Shown here one piece after another: positions 12,053 through 24,886 of a stretch of 64,000 bases of DNA. The translations under genes and the position numbers were made by a program. The notes beneath the pieces were generated by a model. It saw only the letters and a list, made by a program, of their open reading frames with translations. It searched no databases and was not told the DNA's origin. This DNA is from an uncultured Gammaproteobacteria bacterium. GTDB taxonomy: Bacteria > Pseudomonadota > Gammaproteobacteria > UBA9214. The stretch lies in assembly GCA_963748215.1 (NCBI GenBank), contig CAVVHS010000006.1:896001-960000 (forward strand), given 5' to 3'. Each line of letters begins with the position of its first letter. The stretch's first letter is position 1.

Positions 12053-12303
12053 TATTTAGATATTTAATCCGCTCAATATTATGTCTTGTCGCACAACGCC
12101 TGCCTTTAATGTCGAGACCTCCCCCGGTGAGAATTATAGGGAAATCTCTGACTCAATCTGGTTACCACCCTGGCGGGCAAAGGTCGCCGGCGTGAGCGGG
12201 CGTGAAATCCTCGCAGGATGCAGGTCGTCTGTGATATTCATCTCTGGAAACTTTTTCCTGTCCTTTGCATCCAATCGTTCATAGCCGACACGGGAGCCGC
12301 CAC

Positions 12304-12942
12304 ATGACAGAAGTTACCCGCAGACATTTTCTCCAGGGCGCCGCCGCATTTCTGGCGAGCCAATCCCTTCCACTCTATGCCGGCATGCTGACGGCCACAC
12401 CACGCCAGTCGGCCGGCCCGTTCTATCCACTCACGCCGCCACTGGATGACGACAACGACCTGACTCAAATCAGGGGTGAGGCGCAGCGTGCGCTGGGACA
12501 AATCTCCGATCTCGGCGGCCGGCTCCTCGACCGCAACGGCCAGCCACTCGCCGGCATGCGCATCGAGATCTGGCAGTGCGATGCCAATGGCCGCTACCGG
12601 CACCCCCGCGATCCGGGGCGCAGTGCCATCGACCCCAACTTTCAGGGCTTCGGGCACACCGTGACCGACAGTGAAGGCCGGTACCGGTTCCGGACCATTC
12701 GTCCGCAACCCTATCCCGGACGCACGCCGCACATTCATGTCGCCGTGCTGCCTGCGAACGAAGAGGCCTTCATCACCCAGCTCTATGTCGCTGACGAGCC
12801 GCGCAATGCCGACGATTTCCTCTACCAGCGCGTACCCGAGGCACAGCGTCACCTAGTGACGGCCGCGTTCACGCCATCCGGCACGGTGGATGCCGAGCTG
12901 GCGGCAGACTGGGATATTGTCCTCGGCATCACGCCGGCCTGA
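12304..12942 (+). CDS. Tat-exported intradiol ring-cleavage dioxygenase-like protein
   Basis: TRRHFL twin-arginine signal; GPFYP, IEIWQCDANGRY, FRTIRP.PYPGRTPHIH, TQLY. Confidence 0.85.
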   Translation: MTEVTRRHFLQGAAAFLASQSLPLYAGMLTATPRQSAGPFYPLTPPLDDDNDLTQIRGEAQRALGQISDLGGRLLDRNGQPLAGMRIEIWQCDANGRYRHPRDPGRSAIDPNFQGFGHTVTDSEGRYRFRTIRPQPYPGRTPHIHVAVLPANEEAFITQLYVADEPRNADDFLYQRVPEAQRHLVTAAFTPSGTVDAELAADWDIVLGITPA

Positions 12943-13017
12943 CACCGCAGGCCTGCTACCCACTTGCAGTCAGAGAACAACTACGCCTGTTGCCGGAGCA
13001 GCGCCCTGGTCAGGATC

Positions 13018-13064
13018 CTGTTAATCACTAGGTCGGCGGTTCGAGCCCGTCCCGGGGAGCCATT
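13018..13064 (+). repeat. att-site copy of the tRNA-Asn 3' half (47 bp)
   Basis: ctgttaatcactaggtcggcggttcgagcccgtcccggggagccatt is identical to 7327-7373. Confidence 0.92.
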
Positions 13065-13171
13065 CAAATTCTTCGGCTTACGCCCCCATCGTCCGGCAGC
13101 TGGGGGCGATCATAAGACCAATAGTCACCGGGTCGGTCATCAGACTGCGGCCGACCCGGATGTCCGATCGC

Positions 13172-13189
13172 GCCCGTCCCGGGGAGCCA
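13172..13189 (+). repeat. second, shorter att-like copy of the tRNA-Asn 3' end (18 bp)
   Basis: gcccgtcccggggagcca is identical to 7354-7371. Confidence 0.75.
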
Positions 13190-13564
13190 ATTTCATCGCT
13201 CGACCGTCAAACCGGCAGCTTCATTGCCCCTTCCCCGACCGCACCCCTGGATGGTGAACGGTTAACTCATAATTGAACATTCGCTTGAACCGCTGCACCG
13301 AGGTCATTGCGTCCGGCATTGCTTTTAGCTTTGGCGATTCGTCGCGCATCGATGTGCCCCAGTGCCATTAACCAGGCATGACCTGCCCGCACTGCAGGAG
13401 GTTACACTCGAAGGACATAATGGCACGGACACCCCATGCTTGCAGGGTAGCTACGCCCGGGACTGGGAACCAGCGCCGCCCTTTCTACAACGATGGATGA
13501 TACGCTATTCATTTGTTACAGGCCCTGATCACATGACTGACGCAACTGAGCGGGATAAGGCAGC

Positions 13565-14467
13565 ATGAAGAACACCATTGACCAGATCGTCACAAGAGCC
13601 AATACGATTATTTTCGGCAAAGAACGCCAGATCCGCCTTGCCCTCGCCTGCCTGCTGGCAAGGGGTCATCTGCTTATCGAGGACCTGCCTGGCATGGGCA
13701 AGACCACGCTCTCACACCTGCTGGCCAGCCTGCTGGGCCTCGCATTCCAACGTATACAGTTTACCAGTGACCTGTTACCGGCCGACATCCTGGGAATCTC
13801 CGTCTACGACAGGCAACGCAACACCTTCTCATTCCACCCTGGACCGATCTTCTCGCAGGTCATCCTCGCCGATGAGGTCAACCGCACCACGCCCAAAACG
13901 CAAAGCGCCCTGCTAGAGGCGATGGAAGAGCATCAGGTGACCATCGAGGGGGAGACCCGTCAACTGGTTGAACCGTTTTTTGTGATTGCCACGCAAAATC
14001 CCGGGCACCACATTGGCACCTTTCCCCTGCCCGAGTCCCAGCTCGACCGTTTTCTGATGCGCATAGAGATGGGTTATCCGGACAGTGATGCTGAACGCAT
14101 GCTGCTGCGTGGAGAGAACCCTCGGGATCTGCTCAAGGAGATCAGGCCGGTCACCTCAGCCGAAGAACTTCAGCGTATGCAGCGGCAGATACCCGGTACC
14201 ACCGTCTCAGACGCACTGCTCGACTACCTTCAGGCGCTGGTCACTTTCTCGCGTGAAGCCCCGCAATTCGAGAACGGACTCTCACCACGCGCCGCGCTCT
14301 CACTATTGCGCGCCTCTCAGGCCTGGGCCCGGATTGAAGGCCGGGATTTTGTCATCCCTGAAGATATTCAGAGCGTACTGCCCGCTGTCGTCAGCCATCG
14401 TCTCAGCGGTGGCGATCCCGCTGTATCCGCCAGTGATCTGCTCCTGTCCTCGGTCACCATTCCCTGA
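13565..14467 (+). CDS. MoxR-family AAA+ ATPase
   Basis: GHLLIEDLPGMGKT, RIQFTSDLLPADILG, LADEVNR..PKTQSALLEAM, PLPESQLDRF. Confidence 0.92.
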   Translation: MKNTIDQIVTRANTIIFGKERQIRLALACLLARGHLLIEDLPGMGKTTLSHLLASLLGLAFQRIQFTSDLLPADILGISVYDRQRNTFSFHPGPIFSQVILADEVNRTTPKTQSALLEAMEEHQVTIEGETRQLVEPFFVIATQNPGHHIGTFPLPESQLDRFLMRIEMGYPDSDAERMLLRGENPRDLLKEIRPVTSAEELQRMQRQIPGTTVSDALLDYLQALVTFSREAPQFENGLSPRAALSLLRASQAWARIEGRDFVIPEDIQSVLPAVVSHRLSGGDPAVSASDLLLSSVTIP

Positions 14468-14470
14468 ACG

Positions 14471-15448
14471 ATGCTGGGCGAACAACTACTCAAATTTCCC
14501 GCCTTTCGACGCCGCCTGATCAATCGTGGCACACAAACCGATGAAGTAGAGATCGACAACAGTCATCTCTACATCCTGCCATCGCGCCATGGCCTGATGT
14601 TTGCCGTGGTCTTGCTGGTGATGCTGATCGGTGCGATCAATTACGACAACAGCATGGGTTTCATCCTCACCTTTCTGCTGGGCAGTCTGGTGACTGTCTC
14701 GATTCTGCATACCTACAGAAATCTGAAGGGGATTACCCTTCGGGCCGGGCGGAACCTACCGGTATTCGCCGGAGAATACGCCAAGTGTCTTATCCACCTG
14801 GACAATCCTGGCAGGACGGCCCGCCACCTGCTCACGCTGCAGTGCGAGGGTGAGTCCCGTGAGGCCAGCAAGATCGATCCACTGCGACATGGCAGTGTTG
14901 AGTTCCTGCTCAAGAGTACCCATCGAGGCTGGCGACAGCCCGGGCGGATCAGGATCGAATCGACATTCCCGCTGGGACTGTTTCGCGCATGGAGCTGGAT
15001 CGAGCTGGACAGCCGCTGCCTGATCTATCCCCGACTGGAACAGAATCCACCCTTCCCTCCGTTTGAGTCGGGTGAAACCGAACACGGGGCACACCAGGGC
15101 GAGGGCATGGAGGACTTCGCCGGGCTACGCCGGTATCGAAGCGGTGACCCAATGGGCCACATCGCATGGAAAGCGGTGGCGCGTGGACAACCCATGCTGA
15201 TCAAGCAGTTTTCCGGAAGCGGTGGTGGAAGCGCCTGGTTCGTCTGGGACGAACTGGTCGGACTCGACCTTGAACAGCGACTTTCGCGTCTCTGCCGCTG
15301 GATCGTCGATGCCGATCGTGAGGGCATGGAGTATGGCCTGAGAATGCCGGAACGGACCTTTGCGCTCAACAGCGGTGAACACCACCGTCACCAGATTCTT
15401 CAACACCTGGCGCTGTACGGACTCGACACAGCAAAGCCGGAGCGCTAG
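14471..15448 (+). CDS. DUF58 membrane-anchored protein
   Basis: YILPSRHG, GAINYDNSMG, FPLGLFRAW, DFAGLR.Y..GD....IAWK. Confidence 0.88.
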   Translation: MLGEQLLKFPAFRRRLINRGTQTDEVEIDNSHLYILPSRHGLMFAVVLLVMLIGAINYDNSMGFILTFLLGSLVTVSILHTYRNLKGITLRAGRNLPVFAGEYAKCLIHLDNPGRTARHLLTLQCEGESREASKIDPLRHGSVEFLLKSTHRGWRQPGRIRIESTFPLGLFRAWSWIELDSRCLIYPRLEQNPPFPPFESGETEHGAHQGEGMEDFAGLRRYRSGDPMGHIAWKAVARGQPMLIKQFSGSGGGSAWFVWDELVGLDLEQRLSRLCRWIVDADREGMEYGLRMPERTFALNSGEHHRHQILQHLALYGLDTAKPER

Positions 15449-15450
15449 CC

Positions 15451-17424
15451 ATGTATACCCTGCGCTCATCCATCCATCCCGAAACGATTGCCTGGCTGAT
15501 CCTCTCGCTTGTCCTGGTCACGGCGCCCCACCTGCTGCGCCTCCCCGTCTGGATACCGATCATCGCACTCATCTTCGGCCTGTGGCGATGGCTTGCAGCA
15601 AAACGGCAATTTCCACTACCGGGCATGTTGATACGCGTGATTCTGATGACTGCCATCCCTGTTGGCATATTTCTCAGCTACGGCCGGCTGTTTGGACGTG
15701 ATGCCGGGACGGCCTGGCTGATCGCCCTCATTGCCCTCAAGCTGATTGAACTGCGCACCCACCGCGACGCCATCATCGTCGTGCTGATCGCCTACTTCCT
15801 TGTCATCACCAACTTTCTGTTTACCCAGACGATACCCACTGCCCTGTATATGGTATTGACCGTTACCATCATCACTTCGACGCTGATCGCGATCAACTAC
15901 ACCACACGCGAGCCGCCCCCGCTCCGGGAGCGTTTACGACTCTCGGTGACACTGCTGGCGCAGGCGGTACCGATCATGTTGATTCTGTTCGTGCTGTTTC
16001 CCCGCGTACCCGGACCGCTGTGGAGCCTTCCCGAGGATGCCCACGGCGGCATCAGCGGACTTGATGACGAGATGAGTCCCGGCTCGATCAGTGAGCTGAT
16101 TCAGTCAGCAGGTACCGCGTTTCGTGTCGACTTTATCGATCCCCCGCCAACCGAGGCACAGCGCTACTGGCGCGGGCCCGTGCTGTGGCACTTCGATGGG
16201 CGGCGCTGGCGCAGCGGCTACGGCAATTTCCCCTTGCCACCCGAAGACTTCACCCCGCTCGGTGAACCGTTGCGTTACCGGGTAACGCTGGAGCCCCATA
16301 ACCGGCGCTGGCTGTATGCACTGGAGCTGCCCGATACGCTGCCACCGGGCGGTACGCTCACGAGTGACTACCGTTTGATGGCCTTGGAACCGGTACGTGA
16401 GCGGATTCGCTACGATCTCACCTCCTATCCCGACTTCTTGGTGGGCAAATTTCTATCCAGGCATGCAAGGAAGGCTGCGCTGCAGCTGCCTGAAACGGGT
16501 ATTGATGAGAGCACTGCACTGGCGAGGCGCTGGCGCGATGAATCGCAGAGTGATCGCGAAATTGTCCAGCGCGCACTGCGATTCTTCAATGAGCAACCCT
16601 TCGTCTATACCCTGCGTCCCCCGCTGCTCGGCATTCGGCCGGTGGATGAGTTCCTGTTCGAGACCCGGCGCGGCTTTTGCGAGCACTATGCGGGCGCCTT
16701 CACGATCCTGATGCGTGCCGCAGGCATTCCTGCCCGGGTCGTCACCGGTTATCTTGGCGGGGAACAGAACCCGATCGATGACTACTATACCGTGCGTCAG
16801 TCTGACGCCCACGCCTGGACAGAGGTCTGGTATGCCGATCAGGGCTGGGTCCGTATCGATCCGACGACCGCGGTGGCACCGCAACGTGTTGAACAGGGCA
16901 TCGGGGGCTCGGTTTCCGACACCGATGCCCTGCCCATCTTTGTCCGCACCAGGAGTAATCTTCTGAAACAGTTCCGCTACACGTTCGAGGCCGTCAACAA
17001 TGGCTGGAATCAGTGGGTCATCGGCTACGGCGAACGGACACAGCGCGAGCTGCTTGCAAAACTGGGTATCGGCCTCGACAGCTGGAAAGGGATGGCGGTC
17101 GGCCTGCTCGTCTCTATCGGTGTGGTTTTTTCCATGGTTGCAACAGCCATGCTTTGGCGACACTCTGGCAGGAATAAAACCACAACAGAGGTTCGCCTCT
17201 ACCAGCAGTTCTGCCGAAAACTGGAAAGCATCGGCATCCACCGCACGGCTAGCGAGGGGCACTCTGATTTTGCCGTTCGTGCATGCTCACTGCGCCCGGA
17301 GGCCACTGCGGCGATACGTGAAATAACAGATCTTTTCCTCTCGATTCGTTATGGCAACCACCGCACAAACCAGAAGCTTGCTGATTTCAGTCAGGCAGTA
17401 AAGGATTTTTCCCTGAAGAGATAA
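15451..17424 (+). CDS. TgpA-like transglutaminase (DUF3488 + transglutaminase + C-terminal domain)
   Basis: Multi-TM N-terminus; FPR..PLW, GFCEHYA, RAAGIPARVVTGYLGG, DAHAW.EV, W.R.DPT. Confidence 0.9.
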   Translation: MYTLRSSIHPETIAWLILSLVLVTAPHLLRLPVWIPIIALIFGLWRWLAAKRQFPLPGMLIRVILMTAIPVGIFLSYGRLFGRDAGTAWLIALIALKLIELRTHRDAIIVVLIAYFLVITNFLFTQTIPTALYMVLTVTIITSTLIAINYTTREPPPLRERLRLSVTLLAQAVPIMLILFVLFPRVPGPLWSLPEDAHGGISGLDDEMSPGSISELIQSAGTAFRVDFIDPPPTEAQRYWRGPVLWHFDGRRWRSGYGNFPLPPEDFTPLGEPLRYRVTLEPHNRRWLYALELPDTLPPGGTLTSDYRLMALEPVRERIRYDLTSYPDFLVGKFLSRHARKAALQLPETGIDESTALARRWRDESQSDREIVQRALRFFNEQPFVYTLRPPLLGIRPVDEFLFETRRGFCEHYAGAFTILMRAAGIPARVVTGYLGGEQNPIDDYYTVRQSDAHAWTEVWYADQGWVRIDPTTAVAPQRVEQGIGGSVSDTDALPIFVRTRSNLLKQFRYTFEAVNNGWNQWVIGYGERTQRELLAKLGIGLDSWKGMAVGLLVSIGVVFSMVATAMLWRHSGRNKTTTEVRLYQQFCRKLESIGIHRTASEGHSDFAVRACSLRPEATAAIREITDLFLSIRYGNHRTNQKLADFSQAVKDFSLKR

Positions 17425-17853
17425 TGTCCGCCCGTGATGTCCTGTCATGAGTTATGGCCTGTATGCCATTCAACCAAATTTTCTGACACTCTGTAAGACA
17501 GCCCTGACCTCCGGGGGCGGTGCTATGCAGAGAGTTCGATATGCGTCAACGATGGGGAGCCAGTTAAAACAGATAGTTAGGAAACTCCCCCGCTCTACCA
17601 ACTCAACGCAAACCCCTTCATTGTCACATCTGTTGTCACTTTCAGATCAGGCAGTTTGGCCCATATATAAAGTGGTTCCGTCGCGAAACTGGTTCTCCCT
17701 CCCCATAAAGACAAAGGCCGCCCCATGGACGGCCTCTGCACCCCATCACCTGATTTTTACCATGGCTTAACACGCCTTCTATCGCGCTGCGGCTGGTTTG
17801 CTTGTATGTTTTGGCCAACATCATATAAAAATTATATATCAGGGGAGGCAGAC

Positions 17854-18051
17854 ATGATCCCGCTATTCTACTTATTCGGCATCTGTTGGCTGATTGCGGC
17901 CACGTTTAACCCGATGGCATTCATTCCAGCAACCATGTGCTTCATTGCGGCAGGCGTCTCACATTGGGAATACATGCGAACACCCCGCCACAACGACAAG
18001 GCAGCACCCTCTTCCAATAATTCCCGGCTCTCGCCCCGGCCGGATCGCTGA
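17854..18051 (+). CDS. small hydrophobic hypothetical protein (65 aa)
   Basis: GGGGAGG RBS before the ATG; two short hydrophobic segments. Confidence 0.45.
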   Translation: MIPLFYLFGICWLIAATFNPMAFIPATMCFIAAGVSHWEYMRTPRHNDKAAPSSNNSRLSPRPDR

Positions 18052-18178
18052 CAGCCCCGGCCTATGGCCTCGGTCGCTCGGGTGCCTGATCAATCTACCC
18101 GCCAGCCTGATCCAGGCCTGTAAGACATTGCCGACTGTGGCCGTCAGCTAGTACAGATGTATTAGTTGGGCCATCACG

Positions 18179-18192
18179 TTGATCTATATCAG
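18179..18192. promoter_or_regulatory. FNR/CRP-like site
   Basis: TTGAT-CTAT-ATCAG, one mismatch to TTGAT-N4-ATCAA. Confidence 0.35.
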
Positions 18193-18286
18193 TCGCCACC
18201 TGCCATTCCTGCTGATAGTCCTGATATGACCAGTCAGCAGCAAGATAAATGAGGCTGGAATAATTGGAATTTACGGAGAGATCATC

Positions 18287-18440
18287 ATGAAGAAGTCTCG
18301 TCTGTTGAGTGCGGCGTGCACGGGTGTTTGTATATTCCTTTCAACGACAACGTCAGCAGTGTTGTTGATAACGGCGGCGGATTGATTTATGTCACCATGC
18401 TGGATATCACGTGGGCGCAGACCGATGCGCAAAGAACCTG
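18287..18440 (+). pseudogene. 5' remnant of a secreted PEP-CTERM-type (DUF1566-like) protein
   Basis: Signal peptide MKKSRLLSAACTGVCIFLSTTTSA, then frameshifted DNGGGLIY.TMLDITWAQ; truncated. Confidence 0.45.
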
Positions 18441-18606
18441 GATGTGTCTACTGTTCTGGGGGAAGTCCGATGCTGCAGTATTCCCTTGCTTGTTCAAGGA
18501 TGGCGCGTTCCTTGCCTGTATTGCGATAAGGAATGGTGTCATTCCTATAGCCTTCGTTCATTCTCATTTGACAACACCCCTCGACAGGTTGAACGGCCAA
18601 CGGGGT

Positions 18607-18638
18607 AAAAAAACGGCGGCGTATTTAACGCCGCCGTT
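18607..18638 (-). terminator. intrinsic terminator downstream of katG
   Basis: 11-bp stem aacggcggcgt/acgccgccgtt with a T-run on the minus strand. Confidence 0.7.
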
Positions 18639-18742
18639 GGTGTTTTCATGAGTTACGAAAAGCCTTGACTGCTTTTTTCAGGACCAGACCCGGCGCTCTG
18701 TGAGCTGTATTTCAGGGCTTTCGAGCACCTTTTCCGCCCGTA

Positions 18743-20969
<2,227 letters not shown>

Positions 20970-21118
20970 CGTAAACGCCTCCTTTGGGGAAATAAATAAC
21001 GCGGCTGTACGCCACTCTCGCTACACTGGGTAATCTTCAGGTCCAGATTCGCACCGGCAGTGAACAGGTATACCTGAAACGTGGTGACACTATACAAGTT
21101 GGCGCATCGATTGGGCTA

Positions 21119-21155
21119 ATTGGTTTTTTCGAACGGAATCATTGAAAACGTCTAT
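21119..21155 (-). promoter_or_regulatory. OxyR-type binding site upstream of katG
   Basis: The minus strand reads ATAG-N7-CAAT-N7-TTCG-N7-CAAT, against the OxyR consensus ATAG-N7-CTAT-N7-ATAG-N7-CTAT. Confidence 0.6.
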
Positions 21156-21884
21156 CGATCAGCCGCGAAGCTGTCCCGCAGGGATCGCCCACGCCCGTTA
21201 CTGCGGTCTCCGCCTTACGCCTGGTTACTCGCGCAGGCCAGCCGCCTGGATCGACCGAAAGCAGCGCAAATCCGGACAAGTGCGAGGCACTTTGCCGACA
21301 TTTATTTCTTTTATTTCATCATGTTACAAGTATCAAGCCCGGCTTCTGTCAAACGGCGGGCCGCTGGGTCGAAGCCGGCAGGCGGGCTACAGGCGGGCAC
21401 TCCGTGGCGATTGCCCGGATGGTCCCGAAAACTGCCAGAACCTCTGGCGACGGAGCGATACAAACAGTTCTATCTATGTCCACGAAGGGGGAGTCATGAA
21501 TTTCCAGAACCGAGGATTCACCCGCCCTGGTTGTTCAGCAGGACGCGCTGTCGCGCCGGGTTGTCAGTCATCTCCATTCGGCGGGGACGGCCACCCGGGC
21601 AACGCAGGCGACATCGTCATGCACGGCTTCCGTTTTTTCGAATAATGCCTGCAAACCGCTACGCGCAGAATCTGCCCGGCACTAACAAACGGTTTTCAAT
21701 CCGGCTGCAGCAGGCCTCAGGGAACAACAACGACCTCGACCGCATCGCGCGTGAGCGCTGCGCCGTCGGATGCGCGCAGCTCGAGCATGCGATGGCCCGG
21801 CAGGGAAAAGTGCGCATTCAGCCCTAAAAGCTATCTGATTCAGTCGTTGCGCTACAGTCGCGCGACGCAATTACGACAGGCCGC

Positions 21885-22793
21885 TTACTGCATCGCGCCC
21901 AGGATTTTCTTCGCGCGCTGGCCGAATTCGCTTACCAGGTATTCGAGGAACGGTTCACGCAGGTCCGGGTGCAGCAGCGCATATTCGACGGTCGCCTTCA
22001 GATAGCCCAGCTTGCTGCCGCAATCGTAACGCTTGCCCTCGAACTTGTAGGCCAGCACCACCTCGCTTTCGAGCAGACGCTGGATAGCGTCGGTCAGCTG
22101 GATTTCGCCGCCGGCACCGCGTGGAATGGTCTCGAGATATCTGAAGATGGCCGGGGTCAGCACGTAGCGGCCGACCACGGCAAGGTTGGAACGGGCGTCC
22201 GCCGGCTTGGGTTTCTCGACAATACTCTTGATCTTGGTGACGCGGCCATCCGATTCCATCGGGTCGACGATGCCATACTTGTCGGTCTCGTCGCGCGGCA
22301 CTTCCTCTACGCCGAGTATGCTGCAGTTGCGATCGTTGAACACCGACAGCATCTGGCCCAGTACGCAATTCTTGCCGGTATGGATCAGGTCATCGGCAAG
22401 AATCACGGCAAACGGCTCGTTACCGACCACGGATTTCGCGCACAGCACGGCATGGCCCAGGCCCAGCGCCTCGGGCTGGCGCACATAGACGCAGGTCACG
22501 TGCGGCGGCACCACCTCCCGCACGATCTTCAGCAGGTTGTGCTTGCCCTTGCGTTCCAGCTCCGCTTCCAGTTCGTAGTTCTTGTCGAAGTGATCCTCGA
22601 TGGCGCGCTTGCTGCTGCTGGTGACGAATACCAGTTCCTCGATGCCCGCGTTGACCGCTTCCTCGGCGGCGTACTGGATCAGCGGCTTGTCGACGATGGT
22701 CAGCATTTCCTTGGGATTGGCCTTGGTGGCCGGCAGGAAGCGTGTGCCGAGACCGGCTACCGGGAATACTGCCTTGCGTACTTTCTGTTCCAT
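21885..22793 (-). CDS. galU: UTP--glucose-1-phosphate uridylyltransferase
   Basis: [52 protein letters not shown]. Confidence 0.95.
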   Translation of the reverse strand: MEQKVRKAVFPVAGLGTRFLPATKANPKEMLTIVDKPLIQYAAEEAVNAGIEELVFVTSSSKRAIEDHFDKNYELEAELERKGKHNLLKIVREVVPPHVTCVYVRQPEALGLGHAVLCAKSVVGNEPFAVILADDLIHTGKNCVLGQMLSVFNDRNCSILGVEEVPRDETDKYGIVDPMESDGRVTKIKSIVEKPKPADARSNLAVVGRYVLTPAIFRYLETIPRGAGGEIQLTDAIQRLLESEVVLAYKFEGKRYDCGSKLGYLKATVEYALLHPDLREPFLEYLVSEFGQRAKKILGAMQ

Positions 22794-22806
22794 ATTCAGT
22801 CCTTCT

Positions 22807-24231
22807 TTATCCTTGCTGTACCCTGTCATAAACGTCTTCAAACCGCACGATATCGTCCTCGCCCAGGTAACTGCCGGACTGGATCTCGATCACCTCGAGC
22901 GGGATGGTGCCGGGGTTCTCCAGGCGATGACGTTCACCCATTGGTATATAGGTGGACTCGTTTTCGTGCAGGTTGAACACCTGTTCGCCGCAGGTCACCC
23001 GCGCGGTCCCCTTCACCACCACCCAGTGTTCAGCGCGGTGATGGTGCATTTGCAGTGACAGCCGCGCACCCGGCTTGACCGTAAGCCGCTTGACCTGGAA
23101 ACGCGAACCGGCATCGATGCCTTCGTAGGAACCCCACGGCCGGTAGACCTGGCGATGCACCTTGAATTCCTCACGCTTGTCCTGCTTCAGGCGGTTGACG
23201 ATTGCCTTGACGTTCTGGGCCTTGTCCCTGCTTGCCACCAGTACGGCATCAGCCGTCTCCACGACGATGATATTGTCGAGGCCGACAGTCGCCACGCAGC
23301 GGTGCTGTGCAATCAGGAACGCGTTGTGCGTGTCTTCCGCGATTACGTCGCCCTGCATGACATTGCCGTGCGCATCGCGCGGGCAGACGTCCCAGAGTGC
23401 CGGCCATGCGCCCACATCCGACCAGCCCGCGTTGAGCGGCACGACCACCGCGCGGTCGGTTTTCTCCATCACGGCATAGTCGATTGAATCACTCGGACAG
23501 GCGACGAACTCTGCCTTGCCCACCCGGAAGAAGTCGCTATCCTGCCTGCCACCATCCATGGCCCGGCGGCAACGTTCCAGGATATCGGGCCGGTGGTGAG
23601 CGATCTCTTCCAGCCAGCGATCGGCGCGCATCATGAATATGCCGCTGTTCCAGTAATAGTCACCTGCCGCGAGATACTGCGCCGCCGTATCGAGGTCCGG
23701 TTTTTCCACGAAGGCACCGACGGCAAACACGCCGTCGTCTGCCGCCGGACTGCCGCGTTTGATATAGCCGTAACCCGTCTCCGGCCGGCCCGGCACGATG
23801 CCGAACGTGACCAGCGCGCCGCTGGCGGCCTGATTGCGCCCCTGCTGCACTGCGGCCATGAAACCGGCCGGCTCCTGCATGACGTGGTCCGCCGGCATCA
23901 CGATCATCAGCGCCTCCGGGTCATGACCGACGAGGTACAGGGCGGCCAGCGTCAGCGCCGGCGCCGTGTTGCGGCCCTCCGGTTCGAGGATGATGGTGGA
24001 CGGGGTCTTGCCGATCTCTGTGACCTGCTCGGCCAGCAGGAAGCGATGCTCCTCGTTGCACACGTAGACCGCGTTACCCTGGTCCGGCACGCCATCAAGC
24101 CGGATGGCGGTGTCCTGCAGCAGGGTCTTGTCCGTCACCAGCGGCAGCAGCGGTTTCGGATAATGTTCGCGCGACAATGGCCAGAGACGGGAACCTGATC
24201 CACCCGACAGGATTACCGGATACAGTGTCAT
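22807..24231 (-). CDS. manC: mannose-1-phosphate guanylyltransferase/mannose-6-phosphate isomerase
   Basis: [51 protein letters not shown]. Confidence 0.93.
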   Translation of the reverse strand: MTLYPVILSGGSGSRLWPLSREHYPKPLLPLVTDKTLLQDTAIRLDGVPDQGNAVYVCNEEHRFLLAEQVTEIGKTPSTIILEPEGRNTAPALTLAALYLVGHDPEALMIVMPADHVMQEPAGFMAAVQQGRNQAASGALVTFGIVPGRPETGYGYIKRGSPAADDGVFAVGAFVEKPDLDTAAQYLAAGDYYWNSGIFMMRADRWLEEIAHHRPDILERCRRAMDGGRQDSDFFRVGKAEFVACPSDSIDYAVMEKTDRAVVVPLNAGWSDVGAWPALWDVCPRDAHGNVMQGDVIAEDTHNAFLIAQHRCVATVGLDNIIVVETADAVLVASRDKAQNVKAIVNRLKQDKREEFKVHRQVYRPWGSYEGIDAGSRFQVKRLTVKPGARLSLQMHHHRAEHWVVVKGTARVTCGEQVFNLHENESTYIPMGERHRLENPGTIPLEVIEIQSGSYLGEDDIVRFEDVYDRVQQG

Positions 24232-24513
24232 AGACTTTCCTTTTGTTTGACCGGGACGGCGGTGCGTCCCGTTATGACTGAATAGTAAACAATAGTCGAC
24301 AATTAAACCTGAAAATTGACGGCACTGTCATGTCTATCGCCGGCGCGGAATGCCGCCGCCCATGACGGATCGTGGACCAGGCCGGGTCACGCCCGGCCAT
24401 GCTCCGGGAGACGGCTGTTTTATATAGTATTTTATATTTCCTGCCGACCAGGGTGCCGGCAAGAACGCCATCCCCGACCGACCGGCCGGGGATGGCATCA
24501 GGACGACGGCCGG

Positions 24514-24786
24514 TTATCGCGAATCCGGAGCGACCATGAGATTGTGACGGTTCTTCTCGATGGTGGCGGACCCGATGCCCTTCACCCGGGCAAGCTCCTC
24601 GACACTCGCAAACGGGCCATTCGCATCGCGGTACGCGATGATCGAGGCGGCCTTCTTGTCGCCGATACCGACGATTGCCGCAGCCAGGCCGGCCGCATCG
24701 GCACTGTTGATATCCACCGGCCCGGCGTGTACCTGCGCCGCCGCCAGCATCAGCAATGAAACAAACAACGTGGTTATGTAACGCAT
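24514..24786 (-). CDS. ComEA-family helix-hairpin-helix DNA-binding protein
   Basis: Signal peptide; VDINSADA, GIG.KKA..II.YR..NGPF.S.EEL..VKGIG. Confidence 0.88.
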   Translation of the reverse strand: MRYITTLFVSLLMLAAAQVHAGPVDINSADAAGLAAAIVGIGDKKAASIIAYRDANGPFASVEELARVKGIGSATIEKNRHNLMVAPDSR

Positions 24787-24886
24787 AACTGCCTCCTGTC
24801 GTGTGTGATGCTACCCTGTTTCCAGTTCTGCATGCCGCCACCGCTCGCGGTGCGGCATGCAGGTCACAGGGTGCACGGCAGGCAGC

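Larger units (their letters stand above)
7327..13064. mobile_element. genomic island integrated at tRNA-Asn (no integrase in window)
   Basis: Perfect 47-bp direct repeat at 7327-7373 and 13018-13064; the interior is visibly more AT-rich and carries accessory genes. Confidence 0.8.

Noticed and set aside
7489-12942. Integron or CALIN cassette array
   Set aside because: Genes are in mixed orientations, there is no intI, and I could not find repeated complete attC sites
13018-13064. Second tRNA-Asn gene
   Set aside because: It lacks the 5' acceptor strand and D-arm, so it is an att-site fragment
17621-17640. TTGTCAC direct repeat as a Pho box
   Set aside because: Spacing is 12 rather than 11 bp and there is no obvious target gene
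21120-21827. 235-aa and 167-aa ORFs in the katG-galU gap
   Set aside because: Arg/Pro-rich composition typical of non-coding frames, with no RBS or motifs
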